In this document: positions 50,239 through 57,765 of the stretch, piece by piece | Position numbering within the stretch: position 1 is the stretch's first letter | How the letters are laid out: each line of letters begins with the position of its first letter | Source of the DNA: an uncultured Chloroflexia bacterium | GTDB lineage: Bacteria > Chloroflexota > Anaerolineae > Aggregatilineales > Phototrophicaceae | Direction of reading: 5' to 3' | Assembly (NCBI GenBank): GCA_963841085.1 | Contig: CAWJBF010000009.1 | Location: 298,669 to 362,668, forward strand | Length of the DNA: 64,000 nt | The notes under the pieces: generated by a model | Database searches by the model: none | What the model saw: the letters and a program-made list of their open reading frames with translations, nothing else | What the model was told of the DNA's origin: nothing | Made by a program: the position numbers and the translations under genes

Positions 50239-50732
50239 CAGGGCGATTGCATCAAAAATGGATCACGTACAAACCTCACCCCAGTCCGCCTGCATCACGC
50301 CCAGCCACTTCACCAAATGTGCAAAGGAGGCGGGCGCGCCGTTGACGCCCCTCGCCCCGCCTATCCGTGACCACCCGATCCACCACAACGTCGCCTGCAG
50401 CGCGCGCACCTGTTCTACGATGGAAGCGTGCCCAGTTACCGCGCAGGACGGTCGGGAACCAGCTTAACCCGCCGCTGTGCATCCAGTGTCCTGATTTCTG
50501 TCCGGTTGTCCGTTAGTTTTCCCCTCAGAGGGTGTCTGTTAGCTTCGATTCTGTCTGTCTGTCCGGCTCGTTTTCCCCTGAAGGCTGTCTCGCTGTTCTG
50601 ATTCTGTCTGGCTGTCTCGCTCTGTCTGGCTCAGCCAAAGGCTCACAGCAAGTCGCCTTTCTGTGTGCACAGAGAGGGGGTTTGGGGGAGTGAGGTTTGG
50701 ACGTGATGGCAGATTTTGATGCGATAGCCCTG
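50239..50732. mobile_element. ISAs1-like MITE, copy C, 494 bp
   Basis: IRs cagggcgattgcatcaaaa / ttttgatgcgatagccctg; perfect 10-bp target duplication GTCTCAGCCT (50229-50238 and 50733-50742). Confidence 0.93.
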
Positions 50733-50864
50733 GTCTCAGCCTTACAGTGCATAGGCCTGAGCGGTTATAATGGACTTATCTGGACATACTTTTCGCCCCT
50801 GCGAACCCCTAGTCTGGAATTACGAATGGCAGTGAGCGCGAACAGCGACCAAGAGGATACCCTG

Positions 50865-51782
50865 ATGACAAATGGCAGCAGCGCCAATGGTAACAACAAG
50901 GCGGAAACCGGCACGTTTGCCCTAAAGGCCGGGCTGGCGCAAATGTTGAAGGGCGGCGTGATTATGGACGTGGTCACGCCCGACCAGGCCAAGATCGCCG
51001 AGGACTCCGGTGCAGCGGCGGTGATGGCGCTGGAGCGCATTCCGGCCGATATTCGCGCGCACGGCGGCGTGGCCCGCATGAGCGACCCCGACCTGATCGA
51101 GGGCATTATGGCCGTCGTCACCATTCCGGTGATGGCCAAGTGCCGCATCGGCCACTTCGTCGAAGCGCAGATTCTGGAATCGCTCGGTATCGACTATATC
51201 GACGAGAGCGAAGTGCTGACGCCCGCCGACGAGGCCAATCACATCAACAAGCACAAGTTCAGTGTGCCGTTCGTGTGCGGCTGCCGCAATCTGGGCGAGG
51301 CGCTGCGCCGCGTGAACGAGGGCGCGGCCATGATCCGCACCAAGGGCGAGGCCGGCACGGGTGATGTGGTTGAGGCCGTGCGCCACTCGCGCACGGTACA
51401 GGGCGAAATCCGCCGACTGACCAGCATGGACGAGGATGAGCTGTTCGCCTACGCCAAGGAAATCGGCGCACCCTACGATCTGGTCGTCGAGACGGCCAAG
51501 CTCGGACGCCTGCCGGTCGTCAACTTCGCAGCGGGCGGCGTGGCCACCCCGGCGGACGCGGCGCTGATGATGCAACTTGGCGTCGATGGCGTGTTCGTGG
51601 GTTCGGGCATATTCAAGAGCGGTGACCCGGCAAAGCGCGCCAAGGCGATTGTCGAAGCGGTGACGCACTACCAGAATCCCGAAGTGCTGGCCCGCGTCAG
51701 CCGCGGCTTGGGCGAAGCGATGGTCGGCATCAACGTGGCTGCCATGCCGGAAGCCGACCGGATCGCCACGCGGGGGTGGTAG
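50865..51782 (+). CDS. pdxS: Pyridoxal 5'-phosphate synthase lyase subunit
   Basis: [50 protein letters not shown]-terminus. Confidence 0.98.
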   Translation: MTNGSSANGNNKAETGTFALKAGLAQMLKGGVIMDVVTPDQAKIAEDSGAAAVMALERIPADIRAHGGVARMSDPDLIEGIMAVVTIPVMAKCRIGHFVEAQILESLGIDYIDESEVLTPADEANHINKHKFSVPFVCGCRNLGEALRRVNEGAAMIRTKGEAGTGDVVEAVRHSRTVQGEIRRLTSMDEDELFAYAKEIGAPYDLVVETAKLGRLPVVNFAAGGVATPADAALMMQLGVDGVFVGSGIFKSGDPAKRAKAIVEAVTHYQNPEVLARVSRGLGEAMVGINVAAMPEADRIATRGW

Positions 51783-51796
51783 GAGCACGCTCCAAA

Positions 51797-51833
51797 AAGA
51801 GACCGCCGGCCACTACGGGTCGGCGGTTTACTT
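51797..51833. terminator. Terminator-like hairpin between convergent genes
   Basis: agaccgccggcc...ggtcggcggttt flanked by A and T runs. Confidence 0.6.
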
Positions 51834-51855
51834 TCAGGCAACCAGACTTGCTCGG

Positions 51856-52953
51856 CTACGTCCCCGTCACCGCATACACCCGCATGCGGCTGTCGTTGGT
51901 GAGGCACGGGTTCGGCCCCGAACTGAATTCCTGGCCCTGCAGGGTGATGAAGCCGCTGCTGTCGGGCCGCCAGATGATTTCCACCAAGATGGGATCATCG
52001 CTTGACCACGGTATCGGCGCATCCCGCCCATCATTCTTGCAGATGTTCAGGTTCTTCAGCGTCGAACGCGTGGGCAGCGACTGGCTGATCGCACCGGTCG
52101 CCAGTTCATACACGGCGAGGCTCTCGTGCTGGCCCCCCGTGGCGGCGGTATTCACCACCAGTAATTGTTCGTCCGGGCTGACCGAGTAGACCATGTTCGG
52201 AACCTCATAGCGTGCAAGTTCCTCACCACTCGGGATGTCATAAATCACGAGCGTGCTGGCCGGATTGTCATAATTGCCTGGCTCGGCGGGCAACCAGACA
52301 AAGAGATGACCTAACGGGCTGAGTTCCGCGAAGGCGTACTCGATGCTCTCTTCCGGGGTCACGCGCATCAGTTCGGCCCCGCTGGCCACGTCCATGACAT
52401 AGAAGGTCGTGTCGTCCTGAAGTAGTACCCGCGTGCGATCGCTGCTGTAGGTCAGATAGTCGGTGTAGCCGGTGAAATCGGGAAGTGCGGCATAGATCGC
52501 GTCGGCCGTCAGGAAGCGCGGTGAGTTCTCGACCGGCGTCACCGCGCTTGAGGCTGTGTCCACCGCGAACGAAGCCGTTGCGCCCGTCTCCCAGTTGATG
52601 AAATCGGCCGTCAATGTGCCATCTGCGTTCAGCACAATCGGCCGGTCAAAGCCGAATAATTCGATACCTGGCACATCCAGCGCGACCGGCTCGGAAAACT
52701 GGCCCGCGAGCGTACCATCCGCGACCGCAAGCGGTTGCAGTGAGGCAGCATAATCGCCAATGCAGTCCGTGACCAGTGTCCACAGGATAGTACCGTCCGG
52801 GCTGATAACCCCTGTAACCGGGCACACGTCACCCAGGTCAAACTCCTGCACCACTGAAAGCTGCGGGCCGCTGTCCTGCGCCGAGACAACTGCGAAAGAC
52901 AGCAGCAGAAGCGAAAGACTAGCAATTCGATTGACGAACCTGTGACGCTTCAT
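51856..52953 (-). CDS. Secreted hypothetical protein (beta-propeller-like)
   Basis: Signal peptide LLLLSFAVVSAQD; repeated SPDG/SSDR/SPDE turns. Confidence 0.7.
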   Translation of the reverse strand: MKRHRFVNRIASLSLLLLSFAVVSAQDSGPQLSVVQEFDLGDVCPVTGVISPDGTILWTLVTDCIGDYAASLQPLAVADGTLAGQFSEPVALDVPGIELFGFDRPIVLNADGTLTADFINWETGATASFAVDTASSAVTPVENSPRFLTADAIYAALPDFTGYTDYLTYSSDRTRVLLQDDTTFYVMDVASGAELMRVTPEESIEYAFAELSPLGHLFVWLPAEPGNYDNPASTLVIYDIPSGEELARYEVPNMVYSVSPDEQLLVVNTAATGGQHESLAVYELATGAISQSLPTRSTLKNLNICKNDGRDAPIPWSSDDPILVEIIWRPDSSGFITLQGQEFSSGPNPCLTNDSRMRVYAVTGT

Positions 52954-52998
52954 GGGTACTCCTCTGTTGGAGACGAAACGATGGACGCATTGAGTCAG

Positions 52999-53961
52999 TC
53001 ACAAACCGATAGCATTGAGCGGATGCAATTCCTCGGGGTGCAGGCGCAAATATCGCACGAGGTGGCGGCGTTTCTCAACGCCGCGCAAACCGCGACTTCC
53101 GCCATCGTCATCCAGTGGCAGAATTTCGGGCGCGGCCAAACTGACTCGCTCATACAGCACCAGCCATCGTTTCTTGACGGCTGAGAGCGACAAGTGGAGT
53201 ATTTCGGCAAGTTCCTCGTCGGTCAAGCCCTCCAACGCATGGGTGAGCATTTCCTGCTGAGTGGCCGTCAAACCTAGCCGCGCTGCTGTGTGGCTGAACA
53301 CATACCAGATGTGCGTTCCAAACCGGGACAAAGCTTCTTCGCGTGAAATCGAGGTGAGATATGGCCGGCCCAAGAGTGCGGCTTGCGCGCGATTCGCGGC
53401 CCACGACGCGGCCCAGTCCTGAGCCAATCTGACCCCACATGCCTGTGCCAGATCCAGCTGCGCCTCACCGAGACATTCCCACGTGAGGCTCCTGAGCTTA
53501 CACGCACGGTATGCGTACAACTCCTCTCCCCACCGTTCGTTGATCTCGATCAGCGCTGCCCCATCCAACCGCGGATCAGACACGGGAGCGGCAAGAAAGA
53601 ATAAGTGCAATCCATCGCCTCGATTGGCTGCTCGCGCCTCGGAGGGCCGCAGCACGACCAATTCCCCCGCCAGCGTGCGGCACACGAGGTCGGCGCGGAC
53701 GGATGGTTCCTCCGCGACTCGCGCGGATTGGTAGAACGATTCGCTCACAAAGACGGATGCTGCGACACCCACCGCGCAGCGAGTCTCCGAATCGGACATG
53801 TCCTCGTAGACGACCGCGGTCAGCGTGCCATCGTCATACCAGTCCATCCACAAGCGTGCAGCCGATGCCCGCAGGTCGAGAGGGTACAGCCACCGATCTC
53901 CGAAGCGGTCGAACAAAGCGGGAAGTTCGGATTGTTCGGCCGGGCGCAGACTAAGGTGCAC
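52999..53961 (-). CDS. Transcriptional regulator with C-terminal LuxR-like HTH and large N-terminal sensing domain
   Basis: LTATQQEML..ALEGLTDEELAEILHLSLSAVKKRW; GGAGGA Shine-Dalgarno. Confidence 0.75.
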   Translation of the reverse strand: MHLSLRPAEQSELPALFDRFGDRWLYPLDLRASAARLWMDWYDDGTLTAVVYEDMSDSETRCAVGVAASVFVSESFYQSARVAEEPSVRADLVCRTLAGELVVLRPSEARAANRGDGLHLFFLAAPVSDPRLDGAALIEINERWGEELYAYRACKLRSLTWECLGEAQLDLAQACGVRLAQDWAASWAANRAQAALLGRPYLTSISREEALSRFGTHIWYVFSHTAARLGLTATQQEMLTHALEGLTDEELAEILHLSLSAVKKRWLVLYERVSLAAPEILPLDDDGGSRGLRGVEKRRHLVRYLRLHPEELHPLNAIGL

Positions 53962-53982
53962 GCGTCCTCCTGGTGGATCAAG

Positions 53983-54001
53983 TGTGATCTTTCAGATCAC
54001 A
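53983..54001. promoter_or_regulatory. Perfect palindromic operator candidate
   Basis: TGTGATCT-ttc-AGATCACA between the divergent regulator and cupin genes. Confidence 0.65.
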
Positions 54002-54061
54002 TCTGTCACCGTCACACTCTACTATGATGTGGCCATCTGTTCAAATAAGTGAGGAATTCCC

Positions 54062-54526
54062 ATGATAGTCACATCCGAACAAGCCCGTCGCGCCTGGTGT
54101 TTTGGGGACCTGATGACCATTCTGGCTACAGGCGAGGAAACCGGCGGCACATATGCGCTGTGGATCGAGGAAGTGTGGCCAGGTGGCGGCACGCCCCCGC
54201 ACATTCATCATGCCGAGCAGGAAGTGTTTTACGTCCTCGAAGGCGAAATGACCTTCTACTACGAAGGGAAGCCCACGACCGCGAAGCCCGGCACGCTGGT
54301 GCACATTCCGAAGGACACCATGCACTTCTATCAGAATCGCAGCGCGCACAACGTGAAAATGCTGTGCATGGTCAATCCGGCAGGATTCGAGCAAATGCTG
54401 TTGGCGCTAAGTGAGCCAGTGGTAGAGGGGCAGCCGCGCCCCGGCGTGACGCCCGAAGTTATCGCACGCCTCACCGAACTGGCGGCGCAGTACCACATGA
54501 GCATGCCACAGGTTGAACCCACCTAA
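54062..54526 (+). CDS. Cupin-2 domain protein (QueD-like)
   Basis: TGEETGG.Y, PPHIH..EQE.FYVLEGE, IPK...H. Confidence 0.9.
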   Translation: MIVTSEQARRAWCFGDLMTILATGEETGGTYALWIEEVWPGGGTPPHIHHAEQEVFYVLEGEMTFYYEGKPTTAKPGTLVHIPKDTMHFYQNRSAHNVKMLCMVNPAGFEQMLLALSEPVVEGQPRPGVTPEVIARLTELAAQYHMSMPQVEPT

Positions 54527-54548
54527 TCCAAAACAGGCATGACACAAC

Positions 54549-54580
54549 AGAGGCCGTCCACGGACGGTCTCTTCGTTGTT
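54549..54580 (+). terminator. Cupin gene terminator
   Basis: agaggccgtcc-ac-ggacggtctct followed by tcgtt. Confidence 0.65.
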
Positions 54581-54591
54581 GGCTGACCGTA

Positions 54592-54729
54592 TCAGCCCAG
54601 GCGTGCGCCGATCCAGGCGAATTCATCTGTCACCTCAAGTTGCGGGGGCCGTCCTGCGCCAAGACAACTGCGAAAGACAGCAGAACGAACATAACCGCCC
54701 ATCATCTGAAAGTGCGCATGCGTAGCATG
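54592..54729 (-). pseudogene. Remnant of the 5' end of a paralog of the secreted protein at 51856-52953
   Basis: 54651-54683 matches 52873-52905 at 32/33 nt; translates as LLSFAVVLAQD..PQLEV.DEF with a stop and a frameshift. Confidence 0.7.
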
Positions 54730-54862
54730 ATGCCTCAATTCGTTCTTCATAACGACTGCAATGAGCATACTCGCAAAAAGCGATTCTTGCGCTGGAATTT
54801 CCGAGCGTCCCTCAATCACAAAAACGCTGTGGGCCTTGCCGCCATCGGCTACAATCAAACTT

Positions 54863-56260
54863 ATGAACCGTCTTGCGAAACTCTGGCGCTGGAGCTGGCC
54901 GCTGCTGGTGCTGTTTGCCGTCACGATCGGTGCGTGGGCGCTGCGCGAAACGCTCACCATCGCCAACGCCACCATGGTCTACATTCTGGTGGTGCTGGTG
55001 CTGGCGATCCAGCGCGGCACGCGCATCGCCATGGCCGCCTCGTTCGTCAGTTTCCTGTGCATCAATTACTTCCTCGTTCAGCCGTATTACACCTTCGGCG
55101 TGGCCGACCCGCGCGAGGTACTCGACCTGATCGTCTTCTTCATCGTCTCGGCGCTTGTGGGCCAGTTGGCCGCCCGCGCCCGTCAGGAAGCCGACAGCGC
55201 CCGCCAGCGCGCCTATGAGCAGGAAATTCTGTACCGACTGACGCGCTCGTTCAACCAGCTATCGACCCGTGAGGGCGTGCATGCTGCGCTGGTGGACGCC
55301 TTCAAGACCGACCTTGGCGCGCGCCAGGCGTGGGTACTGCCATACAAAAGCGAGGAAGTGCCGCCCGGCGCGACGGTTCATTACCTTCTGTTGCAGCCCG
55401 ATCAGACCGTGTACGGCACGCTCTGCGCCGCCTTCGATGTGCCGCCCACCCCCGAGAAAGTGCGTTTGCTCAACACATGCGCCACGCAAGCTACGATGGC
55501 TCTGAACCGCATCGAGCTGACCGAGCGCGCTCGCCGCAGCCAGCAGTATGAGGAAGCCGACCGCCTGAAAACCGCGCTCCTGCGGGCTGTTTCGCACGAT
55601 CTGCGCACGCCGATCACCATCATCAAGTCCTCGGCCAGCAACCTACGCACCCTCGGCGAACGCCTGCCCGAAGAGGAACGCGCCGAACTTTCGCACACCA
55701 TCGAGCAGGAAGCGGATCAACTAGACCGGCTGGTGGGGAATCTGCTCGATATGTCACGCTTGCAGGCGGGCGAGCTGATGCTCAGTCTTGCACCAAACTC
55801 GCTGGAGGAAGTGGCCGGTGATGTGGCCGCGCAGGTATTTCAGCGCCAAAAGGAAGAGCGGATACAAATCGATTTCGCCGATGATATGCCGCTGGTGAGC
55901 TTTGATTACGGCCTGATCCTTCAGGCGCTAACCAATCTGGTGGAAAATAGCCTTCGCTACGAACCTGCCGGGTCCTGCATTGTGCTGCGCGGCGCGATGG
56001 CTGATGGCGAAGCGCAACTGCGCGTGATCAATCATGGCGAATCAATTCCGGTGGCCGAACGTGACCAGATCATGCAGCCATTCTACACCGGCCAAAATGG
56101 GCATATTGGGCTTGGCCTGCCGATTGCAAAAGGCATTGTTGAAGCCCATCGCGGCCGGTTATGGGTGGAAGATACCCCCAGCACGGGCGCAACATTTGTC
56201 ATGGCCTTACCCATCCAGGAAGGAATGACCCATGTCACTACGAATTCTAGTGGTGGATGA
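54863..56260 (+). CDS. KdpD-like sensor histidine kinase (DUF4118 + GAF-like + HisKA/HATPase; no N-terminal KdpD/Usp domains)
   Basis: 4 TM helices with NYFLVQPYYTF.V; LL.AVSHDLRTP, NLLDMSRL, GLGL.I.KGIVEAH. Confidence 0.9.
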   Translation: MNRLAKLWRWSWPLLVLFAVTIGAWALRETLTIANATMVYILVVLVLAIQRGTRIAMAASFVSFLCINYFLVQPYYTFGVADPREVLDLIVFFIVSALVGQLAARARQEADSARQRAYEQEILYRLTRSFNQLSTREGVHAALVDAFKTDLGARQAWVLPYKSEEVPPGATVHYLLLQPDQTVYGTLCAAFDVPPTPEKVRLLNTCATQATMALNRIELTERARRSQQYEEADRLKTALLRAVSHDLRTPITIIKSSASNLRTLGERLPEEERAELSHTIEQEADQLDRLVGNLLDMSRLQAGELMLSLAPNSLEEVAGDVAAQVFQRQKEERIQIDFADDMPLVSFDYGLILQALTNLVENSLRYEPAGSCIVLRGAMADGEAQLRVINHGESIPVAERDQIMQPFYTGQNGHIGLGLPIAKGIVEAHRGRLWVEDTPSTGATFVMALPIQEGMTHVTTNSSGG

Positions 56261-56930
56261 CGAGCCGCAAATCCGCCGGCAGCTGCGCCTTGCTCTTAAC
56301 GGCTACGGATATGAAGTGCTCACCGCGACCAACGGACAGGATGCACTTATCACGGCTGCGCAGCAGCAGCCGGATATGATCGTCCTCGATATCTCGCTTG
56401 GCTCCGATCCAGACGGCATCGAGGTCTGCCGCCGCCTGCGCGAGTGGTCGAAGACGCCGGTGATCATGCTGTCGGTGCATGACGAGGAGAAAACCAAGGT
56501 CAGCGCCCTGAATGCAGGGGCCGACGACTACCTCACCAAACCGTTTGGCACCGATGAACTGAACGCCAGAATTCAGGCTGTGCGCCGCCGCGTGGCCGTC
56601 GAACCGGGTACGAACGCCCGAGCCGAGATCCGCGTCGGCAGCCTGTACATCAATCTGGTCAACCGTACGGTGAAGATCGATGACGATGAAGTGCATCTCA
56701 CACCGAAGGAATATGACCTGCTACGCCTGCTGGCCACCCATCCGGGCAAGGTCATGACACATCACGCCATCCTGAGCGCTGTCTGGGGCCCCGAATACGG
56801 CGATATGGATCATTACGTGCGCGTGTTCGTCAACCAGATACGCAAGAAGCTGCGCGAAAATCCATCGCGCAATATCCGCTACATCGTCAACGAGCCAGGG
56901 GTGGGCTACCGCTTCGTCAGCCCTGAATAG
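56232..56930 (+). CDS. kdpE: KdpE-like OmpR-family response regulator
   Basis: ILVVDDEPQIRR, GADDYLTKPF, HLTPKEY, HPGKVMTH, NEPGVGYRF. Confidence 0.88.
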   Translation: MSLRILVVDDEPQIRRQLRLALNGYGYEVLTATNGQDALITAAQQQPDMIVLDISLGSDPDGIEVCRRLREWSKTPVIMLSVHDEEKTKVSALNAGADDYLTKPFGTDELNARIQAVRRRVAVEPGTNARAEIRVGSLYINLVNRTVKIDDDEVHLTPKEYDLLRLLATHPGKVMTHHAILSAVWGPEYGDMDHYVRVFVNQIRKKLRENPSRNIRYIVNEPGVGYRFVSPE

Positions 56931-57029
56931 CGGTTGCCTGTCTTGACACAGAATTTACGCCCAGCGTAGTTTCCATTGTTCCAATCCTGATGGACCGCGC
57001 CACACACTGAAAATAAGCATCGTTCAGTC

Positions 57030-57515
57030 GTGAAGGCACTGCTCATGGGCGTGATACTGGTTCAGTTTGGCGAGGCCCAGTGGATGATACGGGCAATGCA
57101 TCTGGCCTGCGCCATGGCGCGCAGCAACGATGAGCGCGTGCTGCTGTTGGTGTTGAATCGCGCGCCCAGCCCGTTTCTGCTCGGCGCTGACTTCTGTATT
57201 CCGAATCCCACTGCGCGCGAACTGGCATTGCTCGATGACTGCGCACAAATTGCCGACGAATACGGTTTAGGCCTGACTCTGCAGCCGATGCAATACGACA
57301 CGCTCGGGGGTGCTATCGTCCAGGCCGTGACAGAATGCGAGGCGGCAGCCGCGTTTGTTCAGATGCCGCACAGTTGGATACCGTTCGCAGACCGCGTGGG
57401 GCGCTGGAGCCTGCAGCGCCAGCTTCAGGCCTGCGGCTGCAAACTGGTGCTTATTGATCCACCATCGCGGGCCGACGACTGGCTGCCGTCCATAAGCCTC
57501 AAGCGCGCACACTAA
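57030..57515 (+). CDS. Hypothetical protein, universal-stress-protein-like fold
   Basis: ILVQF....W..RAMHLA..MAR, AIVQAV...EA..AFV pattern resembles a USP domain. Confidence 0.55.
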   Translation: MKALLMGVILVQFGEAQWMIRAMHLACAMARSNDERVLLLVLNRAPSPFLLGADFCIPNPTARELALLDDCAQIADEYGLGLTLQPMQYDTLGGAIVQAVTECEAAAAFVQMPHSWIPFADRVGRWSLQRQLQACGCKLVLIDPPSRADDWLPSISLKRAH

Positions 57516-57765
57516 CGCCAGGGCCCGTGCCGTGCAAATAGATCGCCCTGTGCATGCTCCGATCTTGACAGTTTCCATATGCGAACGCAGCAACCTGTCG
57601 CACGATCCTGATGCCCCATCCACTAGGATGGATCTGATGCAAACTCGCTGAACGACAACCTTCGAATGATGACAACGCAACCCCGCAGTGGGCTATCACA
57701 AGCGTGGGCTTTTTTGCGTGCAAAGTTCGTTCGACCTTTCGGCCCGCACACTATGGAAGCCTAAC

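Noticed and set aside
50493-50640. CRISPR-like array from repeated ctgtc/ttttcccct units
   Set aside because: The repeats are irregular, lack unique spacers of constant length, lie inside a MITE, and there are no cas genes.
50865-51782. pdxS without an adjacent pdxT
   Set aside because: Unlinked pdxS and pdxT genes are common, and absence cannot be judged from a single window.
57600-57765. c-di-AMP (ydaO) riboswitch upstream of the kimA-like gene
   Set aside because: Only fragments (cgctgaa, aaccccg) resemble the motif; the GGGGGAACC, GGGGUGAAU and GUCAGCUAAC core elements are absent.
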